The position numbers were made by a program, and so were the translations under genes. A stretch of DNA of 57,688 nt from an uncultured Nitrospinaceae bacterium (GTDB taxonomy: Bacteria; UBA8248): assembly GCA_964558115.1 (NCBI GenBank), contig CAZLCI010000004.1:1-57688 (forward strand), given 5' to 3'. Shown here one piece after another: positions 47,616 through 57,686 of this stretch (its first letter is position 1; the number at the start of each line of letters is the position of its first letter). The notes under the pieces are model-generated. The model made no database searches. It worked only from the letters and a program-made list of their open reading frames with translations, and was not told the origin of the DNA.

Positions 47616-49091
47616 CTAAGTAAGTGACTTCATGGCATTAATATAAAGTTGCGGATTTGAAATTTGTTCGGAAACCATACTAGCCCAATCGTAAAGCCAA
47701 GTTGCACCGAACCCAAAAACGACCGCGAACAAAGTAAGAATAGTAACGCATACATACATTGTCGGAGGGGCTTTTTTAAGGTTATTTTTTCCTTCTCCCC
47801 ATGCCATTCTTTGATAAGTTTTAAAATTATAAAAAAGAGAAATAATACCTAAAATTAAAGCTAAGGAAGTTATTAAAGTAAATCCAGAAGAAAAGCCTGC
47901 TTGAAAAATAAGTATTTTTGCAAAAAAACCGTTTAAGGGTGGAATGCCTGCTAAAGACAGAAAACTAACAAGCATTAAAATACTAAGAAAGGGAGTCTTC
48001 TTCATTAATCCGCCCATTTCATCTAAGTCCTCTGTTCCTGTGATTTTATAGTTAATACCCGCTGCTAGTAAAACTGAGCTTTTAAGGTAAGAGTGCACAA
48101 CTATGAAAAAAATAGTTGCTGTTAATGCAGGAGGCGAGAGAAATGCAATACCTAGACTGATAAATCCAAGCTGATTGATCGTACTGTATGCAAGAATACG
48201 TTTTAAGTTTTTTTGGGGAAGAGTCCCGAAGGCACCGATAAAGATAGTGAGAATCGCAAAAAACAAAAGAACATGTTGGAAGTAAAAAAATTGTTTTATG
48301 AAGATTAAAGTTTGACATCGAATAATGGCATAAATACCTACCTTTACTAGGACTCCTGCAAGAATAGCACTAACTGGTGTATGTGCAGTAGAATGAGCAG
48401 ATGGGAGCCAAAGATGCATTGGGAAGATAGCTCCTTTAACACTAAAGACTAGTACAAAAATTAAAGCAGTAATTATAATCATTGGATTATAATCTAGTGT
48501 CGATAGTTTTATTGATAAGTCAGCCATATTTACTGTCCCAACTTGTGCATATATAAAAGAAATTCCTGCCAAGAAAAAAGCAGATGCTACTAAATTGATA
48601 CACGTGAACTTGAAAGACATTTCTAATTGTTCAAGGGAGTGGTAACAGGCTAATAAAGCGTATGTTGAAATAAGTAATACTTCAAAGAAAACGAATAGAT
48701 TAAACAGGTCTCCAGTAAGAAAACATCCCTGAATACCCATAAGAAGAAAATGGATAAGTGGTTGAAAAATTTTCAAATTGTTTTCTTTAGTAAAATAACT
48801 TTTAGAATATAAAACGCAGATACCAATAATTGAAGACGAGATACAAAGCATAGTAGATGAGAGTTTGTCAGCTATGAGGATAATGCCATAAGGAAATGGC
48901 CACAGACCCATTTGATGGGTATAGATGTTTCCTTTTATTATGTCAAAAAATAAGATAGCTGATAGCGTAAAATTTATGAATAATGACGCAAAGCTGATTT
49001 TCTCCTGTATTTTCAATTTGCCGACAAACAAATAGGTTACAATGCCTGTGATTAGCGGTAATACAACGAAAATGGGAAGTAAATTATTCAT
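47616..49091 (-). CDS. mrpD: Mrp Na+/H+ antiporter subunit D
   Basis: GDLFNLFVFFE, FP.H.WLP, KVGIY, GIPPL.GF.K. Confidence 0.95.
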   Translation of the reverse strand: MNNLLPIFVVLPLITGIVTYLFVGKLKIQEKISFASLFINFTLSAILFFDIIKGNIYTHQMGLWPFPYGIILIADKLSSTMLCISSSIIGICVLYSKSYFTKENNLKIFQPLIHFLLMGIQGCFLTGDLFNLFVFFEVLLISTYALLACYHSLEQLEMSFKFTCINLVASAFFLAGISFIYAQVGTVNMADLSIKLSTLDYNPMIIITALIFVLVFSVKGAIFPMHLWLPSAHSTAHTPVSAILAGVLVKVGIYAIIRCQTLIFIKQFFYFQHVLLFFAILTIFIGAFGTLPQKNLKRILAYSTINQLGFISLGIAFLSPPALTATIFFIVVHSYLKSSVLLAAGINYKITGTEDLDEMGGLMKKTPFLSILMLVSFLSLAGIPPLNGFFAKILIFQAGFSSGFTLITSLALILGIISLFYNFKTYQRMAWGEGKNNLKKAPPTMYVCVTILTLFAVVFGFGATWLYDWASMVSEQISNPQLYINAMKSLT

Positions 49092-49438
49092 CCCTTAAGC
49101 CTTCTGTATTTATCTATGTTGTCTGTTTTAAAATTTCTCTGCATATTTAGTGCAACGGTCAATAAAAAAGCAATAACCGCGAGACTAATAACTATTGCGG
49201 TTAAAACCATTGCTTGAGGGAGTGGATCAACGTACATCTGGGGCTGTACTGAAATTTTTTCTACAGGGATAATTGGTGGTTTTCCATCTTGGACCCAACC
49301 AGATGCCATGATCATTAAATTAGTCGCATGTGATAACATCGCAAAACCTAGTACTAATTTAATTAATCTTCTCTGTATAATTAAGTACACACTAACTGTG
49401 ACCAGAATACCTATAGTTAGGGGAAGTATTAGAAACAT
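49088..49438 (-). CDS. mrpC: Mrp Na+/H+ antiporter subunit C
   Basis: DPLPQAMVLTAIVI. Confidence 0.95.
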   Translation of the reverse strand: MFLILPLTIGILVTVSVYLIIQRRLIKLVLGFAMLSHATNLMIMASGWVQDGKPPIIPVEKISVQPQMYVDPLPQAMVLTAIVISLAVIAFLLTVALNMQRNFKTDNIDKYRRLKG

Positions 49439-49451
49439 TTTCCTTCTTCTT

Positions 49452-49868
49452 TTATGATTTTTCGGAGCAAAAATTTGTAAAAATAAACATCAAAACACCA
49501 ACTACCACTAAATAGACACCGACATCAAAAATAAAAGCAGTAAAAATCTTTATTTCACCTATCAATAATAAGTCTATCTTGTAGATTGAACTTTTTAGAA
49601 AGCCATTGGAGAAGTAACCATAGAGACCTGTCAGTGATGATATAAGTAGACCTACCATAAATACATTATCCCATTTCCAGTTAAATCTTTTTAATGCTTC
49701 TTTAGTCCCAAATGCGACCCATTGCAGCACAATACCTATTGAGGTCATTATTCCAGCGATAAATCCACCACCAGGTTGATCATGACCGTAAAGAAGAATA
49801 TAGAGTGAAAAAATCATCGTCAGATGAAGTACTATAGGTGCTGTTGTTTGAAGAATTAGTGATCGCAA
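49452..49868 (-). CDS. mrpB: Mrp Na+/H+ antiporter subunit B
   Basis: GHDQPGGGFIAG, FDVGVYLVV. Confidence 0.95.
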   Translation of the reverse strand: MRSLILQTTAPIVLHLTMIFSLYILLYGHDQPGGGFIAGIMTSIGIVLQWVAFGTKEALKRFNWKWDNVFMVGLLISSLTGLYGYFSNGFLKSSIYKIDLLLIGEIKIFTAFIFDVGVYLVVVGVLMFIFTNFCSEKS

Positions 49869-52189
49869 TTAAATTTCCTCATGATTTGAATGATTGCAGA
49901 GATTGCAATTCCTGCAATAACTAGAACCGTTATTTCACCTAATGTGTCGTATCCCCGATAGTCTACTATGATTGCGTTTACTACATTTTTAAAACCTGCT
50001 AAAGGTTTGCTGGTTTCTAAAAAATAAGTAGAGATGGTACTGAATTCTTTAGAAGTCATACTTAAGAACATGCCAACACATACGGTTAAGCCAATAGAAA
50101 TCGAGATTCCCCAATCTCTAATTTTTTTCGAAGTCGTGTTTTTTTCCGGAGAAGAGTCTGGCATGTGATAAAAGACAAGGAGGAAAAGTGCTACTGAAGC
50201 GGTTTCAATCATAATCATAGTAAGTGCAAGATCAGGAGCTTTTAGGATCAGAAAAAGTCCCGCGATAGCATATCCGGTTATTCCTAAGGTTAAAATTGCA
50301 GGTATTCTTTTGCTGATTAATGCAGTTCCAACGGCACTAATAGATATAAGTAAACATAAGGCTAGGGAAAAATTCATCTCGATAGTATGAGAAGAAATTA
50401 TAATTTTTTTCCAATCTAAATTGAGACAAACATATAAAATAGTAAGAATAGGAACAATCCACATCCATTGAAGATATTTCCTCAAATTACCGCTTTGTAT
50501 TAAAAGAAGATATTTCCATGTTCCTTTTTCTACATGATTAATGAAAGCATTATAGATTCGATCAGGACCAAAAATATGAATTTTTTTACTTAATTGATTT
50601 AGTAATAAATTGATTTTGTCGAATCTGAGATAACAAAGAATTCCGAGACTAAGCGCGGTGGTAGACATAAGTAATTCTAAATTAAATCCATGCCATAGTT
50701 TGAGATGTATTTGGTTTGTGATTCCTTTTCCCAATGTTGACATTATAGCTAGATGGAATGTTTTGTTTTCAAATAAATTTGGATAAATGCCAAAAATAAG
50801 AACAAATAAAGTTAAAATAGTAGGAGCGATTAGAAAACCAAAACTTGGGTCATGTGGCTTTTTCGGAGGTTTTACATCTTTCTTTTTCCAGAAAACTTCG
50901 CCTACAAGTCGCAGGTGATAAAGAACCGTGATTATTCCTCCAACTAAAATTAGTACAGGGAGTCCAAGAGAAGAAAAATTGTCGGTGCCAAATTTCAAGC
51001 TTACTGTGTAAAGCATCTCTTTAGATATAAATCCGCCGGTTGGAGGTGTCCCCATTAAACTGAGTGCGCATACAAGAAGAAGAATATGACAAATTGGCAT
51101 TGTTGCTTTAAGATTACTCAATTTCCTCACATCCCTTGTTCCACATTCATGGTCAATGATACCTATAACCATAAACATTCCTGCTTTTGCTGCTGCATGA
51201 TTATAGAGATGCAAAGTACTTCCTGTAATGCTCTCTATTCCACCTAATCCAATAAAAGTAGTTAACATTCCTAATTGACTTATCGTACCATAAGCCAAAA
51301 TGCCTTTAAGATCGTAAGAGCGGAGAGATAATAAACCTCCCGAAATCATAGTCATTATTCCTAAAGATGGCACTAAGTAATCCCAAAGAAATTCACCAGA
51401 CAAAATAGGATAAAATCTAGAAAGCAAAAAAATACCCGCTTTGACCATTGTCGCAGAATGTAAAAAAGCACTGATTGGAGTAGGTGCTTCCATCGCATTA
51501 GGTAACCAAATATGAAAAGGCCACTGAGCACTTTTGGTTACGGCACCTAGTATGATTAATAAAGTAGCAAAAGAACCGACCTGTAAAGAATTTCTATTTG
51601 AAATGAGGTTTGATATTTCCCATTCTCCGGTTGAATTTCCGAGTAGCAAGAAACCACCTAACATCAAAATTCCACCGCTTCCAGTAATTAGAATTGCTTT
51701 TGTAGCACCATAATTAGATTCAGATTTTTTAAACCAGAAACCAATAAGAAAAAATGAAGTTATACTTGTAAGTTCCCAGAAAACGAATAAAGAGATTAAA
51801 TGATTTGAGAAAACTACTCCTATCATTGAACCCATAAACGCAATAAGAAGTGAATAATATCGAGACTGGTCTTCTTGCTTTGACAGATACCAATTTGAGT
51901 ATAGGATTACTAGGAAAGACATGACAATAATTAGAAAAGCCCAAAAAATACTTAGTCCATCTACCATGAAACTTATATTTATATCTGCTTCTGGTACCCA
52001 AGGGATCTCATATTTAAGAATTTTGTATCCTGCGATTAGCCAGTCTTGGTAAATATAAAAGAGATTCAATAAGCTTACTAAAGGAACTGTAATTGCGTAC
52101 CAAAAAGTAGCATTCTTATTTGGTTTCCCGAGAAAAGGAATAAGAATAGCAACAAAGAAAGGAAAGAAAATTAAGATAAACGTTTTCAA
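49856..52189 (-). CDS. mrpA: Mrp Na+/H+ antiporter subunit A (group 1, separate from MrpB)
   Basis: FWELT, KSAQWPFHIWLPNAMEAPTP.SA.LHSATMVKAG, APDLALT, NVVNAIIVDYRGYDTLGE. Confidence 0.96.
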   Translation of the reverse strand: MKTFILIFFPFFVAILIPFLGKPNKNATFWYAITVPLVSLLNLFYIYQDWLIAGYKILKYEIPWVPEADINISFMVDGLSIFWAFLIIVMSFLVILYSNWYLSKQEDQSRYYSLLIAFMGSMIGVVFSNHLISLFVFWELTSITSFFLIGFWFKKSESNYGATKAILITGSGGILMLGGFLLLGNSTGEWEISNLISNRNSLQVGSFATLLIILGAVTKSAQWPFHIWLPNAMEAPTPISAFLHSATMVKAGIFLLSRFYPILSGEFLWDYLVPSLGIMTMISGGLLSLRSYDLKGILAYGTISQLGMLTTFIGLGGIESITGSTLHLYNHAAAKAGMFMVIGIIDHECGTRDVRKLSNLKATMPICHILLLVCALSLMGTPPTGGFISKEMLYTVSLKFGTDNFSSLGLPVLILVGGIITVLYHLRLVGEVFWKKKDVKPPKKPHDPSFGFLIAPTILTLFVLIFGIYPNLFENKTFHLAIMSTLGKGITNQIHLKLWHGFNLELLMSTTALSLGILCYLRFDKINLLLNQLSKKIHIFGPDRIYNAFINHVEKGTWKYLLLIQSGNLRKYLQWMWIVPILTILYVCLNLDWKKIIISSHTIEMNFSLALCLLISISAVGTALISKRIPAILTLGITGYAIAGLFLILKAPDLALTMIMIETASVALFLLVFYHMPDSSPEKNTTSKKIRDWGISISIGLTVCVGMFLSMTSKEFSTISTYFLETSKPLAGFKNVVNAIIVDYRGYDTLGEITVLVIAGIAISAIIQIMRKFNCDH

Positions 52190-52327
52190 TTTAATGCCCG
52201 TGGATGAGCGGAAAACTATAAGGCGGGAAACAATTTATATTGACATAAAATATGATTTTGCATCAAGCTGTATTTAAAAAAAACACATTTATTTTTTCTT
52301 TTAAGTTTCTAGTTGGGAGAATTATTT

Positions 52328-53104
52328 TTGTCTAGTGAAATCACATATCGTATTTTTTCGCTCTGTCAGGGTTGGCGTGAATGTGACGCTTCATTTCTAT
52401 TATATCTTTCAGATATAGGTAGAAAAGCAAAATTGCCTTACTTTTTTTGGTTGTTAGTTCCAAACAATGGTAAATCATCTCCTGTTTTGGTAGACACTGG
52501 TTTTATGGAAGGTCATTATAAGAACAGATATTTAGATTATAATGATTATAAAAAGCCAGTAGAACTTCTAAAAAATTTTAATATCAGACCAAGCGATATA
52601 AAGAATGTGATTATTTCTCATCTACACTGGGACCACTTTTCGGCGAATCGTATTTATGCATCTGCTACTTTTCATATCCAAAAAAAAGAGATTGATTTTT
52701 GGAGAGGCAATTTTTCTGATTACCATTTTTTAAACCATTTTTTAGCAGATTTGAAAGATTTAGAATCGTTAGAGGAAAATAAGCAAATTGAAATTGTAAA
52801 TGGAGACTTAGATATTTTTGATGGCATTTCAGTACATCATGTTGGTGGACATTCGCCTGGTTTGCAAATTATAAGAGTGAGAACTTTAAAAGGGTGGGCG
52901 GTACTAGCGGTAGATTCTGCCTATGTTTTTCGTAGTTTTGAATCTATGATTCCTCCTGGGATTCATGTACACGTAGACGAAGCTTTAGCCGCACTAGACA
53001 AGGTAAAAGATTTGGCAGATAGCCCAAAACTGATTTTCCCCGGCCATGATTCAGAGACATTATCTATACCTGAATTTGCTAGTGGAGTTAGACAATTAGT
53101 TTAG
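52328..53104 (+). CDS. MBL-fold hydrolase, N-acyl homoserine lactonase-like
   Basis: LVDTG, SHLHWDH, GHSPG.Q, D, PGHD; TTG 52328 follows GGGAGA (track start 52313). Confidence 0.87.
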   Translation: MSSEITYRIFSLCQGWRECDASFLLYLSDIGRKAKLPYFFWLLVPNNGKSSPVLVDTGFMEGHYKNRYLDYNDYKKPVELLKNFNIRPSDIKNVIISHLHWDHFSANRIYASATFHIQKKEIDFWRGNFSDYHFLNHFLADLKDLESLEENKQIEIVNGDLDIFDGISVHHVGGHSPGLQIIRVRTLKGWAVLAVDSAYVFRSFESMIPPGIHVHVDEALAALDKVKDLADSPKLIFPGHDSETLSIPEFASGVRQLV

Positions 53105-53155
53105 ATTTATATTTTTTAAAAATATTTAATTTTGTAATGTTTTTTTGAGGTTTAT

Positions 53156-53587
53156 ATGAAAAAAATGATTGAACATGTAGCTTTGAGAGTTACCGATTTA
53201 AATCGGTCTATTGTTTTTTATCGAGATATTATGGGTTTTTCTCCAGTTGGTAGAAGAAAAATTTCCAATGGTGAGATCGAGCAAATTGTATTTAGAGTAG
53301 GCGAAGATGTTTTAGTTTTATTTTTTTCTGAAAATTTTATATCTGAAAACCTTTCTTCTAAAAGTGGAGTTGATCACGTAGCTTTTTCACTTGAGGAAAA
53401 TGAATATTTTCGGTTGATTGAAAGATTAAAAGATAATGATATCAAAGTACATAGGGGAGAGGAAAGAAACTTAGGTGCTTTTGGTATTGGGTATGCAACC
53501 TATTTTTATGATCCTGATAATATAGAAATTGAAATTAAAAGGTATGAGAATCCACCAGAGCAACCTTCTATGGAATGGTACGATTGA
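53156..53587 (+). CDS. VOC/glyoxalase family protein
   Basis: EHVAL.V.DL..S..FY...G, DHVAF, YFYDPD...IE. Confidence 0.92.
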   Translation: MKKMIEHVALRVTDLNRSIVFYRDIMGFSPVGRRKISNGEIEQIVFRVGEDVLVLFFSENFISENLSSKSGVDHVAFSLEENEYFRLIERLKDNDIKVHRGEERNLGAFGIGYATYFYDPDNIEIEIKRYENPPEQPSMEWYD

Positions 53588-53603
53588 AACTCAGTGAGTT
53601 TTT

Positions 53604-53987
53604 TTATTTCTGTCTAAAATCAAGAGAGGCAGAATTAATACAATAACGAAGACCTGTAGGTTTAGGTCCATCCGGAAAAACATGTCCCAGGTGTGCATTA
53701 CAAGAAGCACATCTAGTTTCTATTCTTGTCATTCCATGTGAATTATCTTCAATTTCTTTTACATTTTTTGATTCGATAGACTCCCAAAAACTAGGCCAAC
53801 CAGTTCCGGAATCAAATTTGGTTTTCGAATGAAAAAGTTCTATGCCACAACAAATACAAACATAGGTTCCGTCATCATGTGAATCCCAATATTTTCCGGA
53901 GAAAGGCGGTTCTGTTCCACATTGCTGTGTTACTCTATATTGTTCAGGAGTAAGTTTATCTTCTAAATTTTCCTTGGAATCTTCCAT
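53604..53987 (-). CDS. msrB: Peptide-methionine (R)-S-oxide reductase
   Basis: GTEPPF, two CxxC, GTGWPSF, HLGHVF.DGP, RYCINS; ATG 53987 after AGGA. Confidence 0.97.
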   Translation of the reverse strand: MEDSKENLEDKLTPEQYRVTQQCGTEPPFSGKYWDSHDDGTYVCICCGIELFHSKTKFDSGTGWPSFWESIESKNVKEIEDNSHGMTRIETRCASCNAHLGHVFPDGPKPTGLRYCINSASLDFRQK

Positions 53988-54009
53988 TGTATATTTCCTT
54001 TCATTACTT

Positions 54010-55272
54010 TTATGTACAAATTTTGAGTGCAAGATTTAGAAAAACTCTACTCGCAATTTCAAGGTCATCTTCATGAATATGTTCTCCTGCATCGTGCATA
54101 TACTGTCCTTTTTTTTCCACTTCTGGATGTACTCTAAAACCAGGACCATAGCATATACAGGGTATCCCATAATGATTAAAGTGAGTAGCATCTGCTCCGG
54201 GTCTTCTAGCAATAAAATCTGGAAAAGATTTTGTGATTTCATTATGCGAACTGTTTAAATTTTGGACAATTTCTTCTTCTGGCGCTACATATGTAGCGGG
54301 ATCAGTAACGTAGAAGTCTAATGATGCTTCATCTTCTCCCGTTTTTTTTGAAAGTTTACTAAGTACCTTTCTAATTTCACGGCGAATATCTTCTATTTTT
54401 TGTCCAGGAAGAATACGTATATCAAGATAAAGACTTGCTTCTACAGGATTTCTCGATAATCTCCATGGCCATCCTCCGCGGATGGAAGAGATATTTACAC
54501 TAGGTTTTTCCCCCATAAATTCTCTAGATTTGACAAATTTCGGAATCCATTTCTCTATTGCGGCTTGAACTTTGTGAATAGATCTGATTGCATTCTTAAT
54601 TCCTGGCCTATGAGCCATCGCACTATGACTAACTGTCCCAAATGTGGAAATTTTTGCCCAAATAACACCTAAATTTGCATTTGAAATGCGAAGACCTGTT
54701 GGTTCTGCTAATATTGCATAATCTGCAGTTACACCGTGAAGAACAAGATGTCTAGAGCCAGTACCATAGCCTGCCATCTCCTCACCGCGAAATTCTTCAA
54801 TGGCTGCTTTTTCTATTTCTCCAACAACTCCCGCAAAAATAAGGTCCCCCTTTAAGAGTATCTTTTCTTTTTGTATTGCTTCAAATGCAACTAAAGCGGA
54901 TGCTAACCCCCCTTTCATATTGTTTGCACCTAATCCCCAAATCCAGCCATTCTTATAGACTCCTTTGGGTTTAAAGCCTTCTCCAACTAGGTATTCTTCG
55001 TTCCCATCATATGAAGTATCCATATGGCCAGTGAACATAAGATTAGAGCCGGTTCCATTTCCCGAAATAGTGCCTATTGCATTAGGTCTATCCAGACTTA
55101 CTTCTTGTAAAGTAGTCCTTGCTCCGGAACTTTTCATTCTGTTAACAAGGTACTGAGCTAAAGCTTTTTCCCCCGAAGTTGGACTAGGGATATCTACTAA
55201 ATCTATTAGGGTATCTCTCAATATTTTCTTCTTGATATGTTTCGCACATTTTTTAAAAAGGGAACTTTCCAT
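54010..55272 (-). CDS. M20 family metallohydrolase (ArgE/DapE-like)
   Basis: GHMDT, G.GA.NMKGG, GEIE, AEPT, DA..F...GIP...YGPG, H...EH. Confidence 0.88.
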   Translation of the reverse strand: MESSLFKKCAKHIKKKILRDTLIDLVDIPSPTSGEKALAQYLVNRMKSSGARTTLQEVSLDRPNAIGTISGNGTGSNLMFTGHMDTSYDGNEEYLVGEGFKPKGVYKNGWIWGLGANNMKGGLASALVAFEAIQKEKILLKGDLIFAGVVGEIEKAAIEEFRGEEMAGYGTGSRHLVLHGVTADYAILAEPTGLRISNANLGVIWAKISTFGTVSHSAMAHRPGIKNAIRSIHKVQAAIEKWIPKFVKSREFMGEKPSVNISSIRGGWPWRLSRNPVEASLYLDIRILPGQKIEDIRREIRKVLSKLSKKTGEDEASLDFYVTDPATYVAPEEEIVQNLNSSHNEITKSFPDFIARRPGADATHFNHYGIPCICYGPGFRVHPEVEKKGQYMHDAGEHIHEDDLEIASRVFLNLALKICT

Positions 55273-55383
55273 ATAAAAATCCTCAGTGTCTTTTTTTGAT
55301 AAGACTTATAGATTAACATGAGAATCTTACATCCGGAAATGTTTAAATCTAGTTTAAAATTCTAAATCAGAAGAGGTCTCAAT

Positions 55384-56775
55384 CTGAAAAATTCTTCACC
55401 AACTATTTCGAAAAAATACGATTATACAATTGGTCCTATCGGAAAAGGTATTAAACGTCTCGTAGTTCCGATGTTTTTCGAGAGATTAGTAAGAAGTTTT
55501 GATGGTGTATTTGAGATTTTCTGGATTGGGATACTTGGGCCAAAAGCTCTTGCAGCATATTCTTTAGGGTATTTATTTATTCTTTTTCTAAGATCTTTCG
55601 GTATGGGTATTCGAATTGCAGGACAATCCCTTGTTGCTCATGCAGTTGGTTCAAAAGATTTTGAAAAAGCCTCTGTTGTTTCTGCTCAGATGATAATCTT
55701 GTTATTCGCATACTCTGTGACTCTTTCATTGTTCGGTTTTTTCCTAACCCCTTTTATTATTTCAATTATGAATCTTGATACAGAGGTGACCGGTTTTGCA
55801 CTCGATTATATGAAATCAGGTTTTATTTCTTTGATTGCGATAGAAGCTATGTTTGTTTTTGGCAGTGTTTTTAGAGGTACTGGTGAGCCAGGTATTTTAG
55901 TTGTTTCTATGATAGCAGGAACGATTGTTTCTGTAATAGCAATGCCACTGTTCATGTTTGGTTTTGGTTCTTTTGAAGGAATAGGTATTGCAGGGAGTTT
56001 TTTTGGATTAGGTCTCGGAAGATTGATCGGATTCCTAATTATGCTTTTCTATTTACTTAAAGGATGGTCTCAAGTTTTTTTGAAACTTAGATTTTTTCGT
56101 CCAAATCTCGGAATAATCTCTTCGATCCTTTCAATTGCCTGGCCTGCAACAGTACAAAATCTTTTAGAAAGAGGTTCATATCTTTTGCTTCTTAGAATAC
56201 TAACTCCTTTCGGAGCAGACGCTCTGGCTGCTTGGGGAGTGGGTAACAGAGTTACGATGATTGCCCGTTTGCCTTGTTTTGGTCTTCAGGGATCTACGAG
56301 AACTCTGGTGGGGCAAAATCTTGGAGCATCTAAGCCAAATCGCGCGGTAAGAACAGTACAATATACTTTAACAATTCTTGTTGGGATAATGGGTTTTCTT
56401 TCGATAGCTCAATTTTTATTTTCTAGAGATATCTCTATTTTTTTTGGTCTAGTTGGCAGTTCGACTTCGGTTGCTTCTTTTGCGCTTCGTGTTTTTTCCT
56501 TTGGACTGATTATGGAATCAATAAGAAGAGTTATGGCTGGAGCATTTCAGGGAGCAGGAAATTCGAAACCTCCAATGCTGACTCAAATTATTATAAGCTG
56601 GATTCTTATGCTTCCTGCTGCATTTTATCTTTCTAACTCAACCGGATTGCGCGAGGAAGGAGTATGGTTTGCTATGCTTCTTGCGCAATGCACGGGTGGG
56701 TGTATTTTATTTTTATGGTTTTTTTCGTGGATGAAAATCAAAACTTCAGTAAATCTAGGAAGTAAAAATGTTTAA
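55384..56775 (+). CDS. MATE family efflux transporter; probable CTG start
   Basis: 12 TM segments, D...G.LG..ALAA, GQNLGA; open in-frame extension DYTIGPIGKGIKRLVVPM upstream of ATG 55471, with AGAGG 7 nt before CTG 55384. Confidence 0.88.
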   Translation: MKNSSPTISKKYDYTIGPIGKGIKRLVVPMFFERLVRSFDGVFEIFWIGILGPKALAAYSLGYLFILFLRSFGMGIRIAGQSLVAHAVGSKDFEKASVVSAQMIILLFAYSVTLSLFGFFLTPFIISIMNLDTEVTGFALDYMKSGFISLIAIEAMFVFGSVFRGTGEPGILVVSMIAGTIVSVIAMPLFMFGFGSFEGIGIAGSFFGLGLGRLIGFLIMLFYLLKGWSQVFLKLRFFRPNLGIISSILSIAWPATVQNLLERGSYLLLLRILTPFGADALAAWGVGNRVTMIARLPCFGLQGSTRTLVGQNLGASKPNRAVRTVQYTLTILVGIMGFLSIAQFLFSRDISIFFGLVGSSTSVASFALRVFSFGLIMESIRRVMAGAFQGAGNSKPPMLTQIIISWILMLPAAFYLSNSTGLREEGVWFAMLLAQCTGGCILFLWFFSWMKIKTSVNLGSKNV

Positions 56776-56957
56776 AAAAATTGGTCATATAGGTTGAACT
56801 CAGATTATATCGAAAAAGTGAGACAGATGGGATGTTAATCAGAATTTGATTCATATCTCAAAATAGAAGGGGTAAAGAAGAATGTTTTAATTAAATTTGC
56901 ACATGATTTTTGAACTTTATCTTTAGAAGATGTAATTTCCATTATTGCAGGTAAGAT

Positions 56958-57686
56958 TTAAATTTTCACACTTTTTTTCGATAGTTCTAATAGAGCAAAT
57001 GCTGTCACTTCCGCTCCTTTAACCATATCACCAAAGTGAGTGAATTCTTCCGGTGTATGTGACAATCCTTTAACTGAAGGGATAAAAATCATCCCCATAG
57101 GGCATAATTTTGCCATCCTGCATGCATCATGTACTCCACCGCTTGAGAGTTTGAGAGATGTGAATCCAGCTTTTTTAGAAGCTCTTGTCAGAATAGACTG
57201 AATTTTTTTTGCAGTTGGACAGACTGGAAGTTTCAATACGTGTTTCATAATACCAGTAACGTTTCTTTTCTGCTTTATTTCGAGTAGTTTTTTTCTCATT
57301 CTTTCTAGAATTCTTTTAAGAATTGCATCATTTTTTCCTCTAAGATCGAATGAAATTTCTGTTTCTCCAGGAACAATTGATATCCATCCCGGCCTTGTGT
57401 TAATTTCACCAAATGTAATAGTCAGTCTCTGACTCTCAGGAGCATTTTTTACCATGGACTCCATTTCAAGCATAAACTCTGCTGCGGCCATAGAAGAATC
57501 TCTTCGGTAAGGCATTGGTTGCCCTCCTGAATGAGCAGAAACTCCTTTAAATATAATTTGCCCTCTTATGTAACCTACAACGAGATCCACTACTCCAATA
57601 GAAACTTTATTTTTTTCTAGAACAGGTCCTTGTTCTATATGAAGTTCTAGAAAAGATTTTATAGATTTTTTTTGTAAAATAGAGGT
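56958..57686 (-). CDS. 3' part of an M20 Zn-dependent amidohydrolase (allantoate amidohydrolase/N-carbamoyl-L-amino acid hydrolase-like); truncated by window end
   Basis: Frame is open to the window edge with FLELHIEQGPVLE; G..AHSG..PM..R.D, SGGVHDA, IFIPS..G.SH.PEE. Confidence 0.92.
   Translation of the reverse strand, partial: TSILQKKSIKSFLELHIEQGPVLEKNKVSIGVVDLVVGYIRGQIIFKGVSAHSGGQPMPYRRDSSMAAAEFMLEMESMVKNAPESQRLTITFGEINTRPGWISIVPGETEISFDLRGKNDAILKRILERMRKKLLEIKQKRNVTGIMKHVLKLPVCPTAKKIQSILTRASKKAGFTSLKLSSGGVHDACRMAKLCPMGMIFIPSVKGLSHTPEEFTHFGDMVKGAEVTAFALLELSKKSVKI

Noticed and set aside
53604-53987. MsrB as a possible selenoprotein
   Set aside because: The catalytic RYCINS uses a Cys codon and there is no in-frame TGA
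1499-55156. Numerous short 60-143 aa antisense or alternate-frame ORFs in the track (for example 2308..2739, 16032..16340, 26972..27319, 41608..41862)
   Set aside because: They lie within or opposite well-supported genes and show no family motifs; they are shadow ORFs
56768-56866. ATG-MFKKIGHIG-TGA resembling a VOC-family N-terminus, considered as a third selenoprotein
   Set aside because: A second TGA follows after 7 codons and TAG soon after, with no SECIS-like hairpin or further similarity; at most a gene remnant or a chance match
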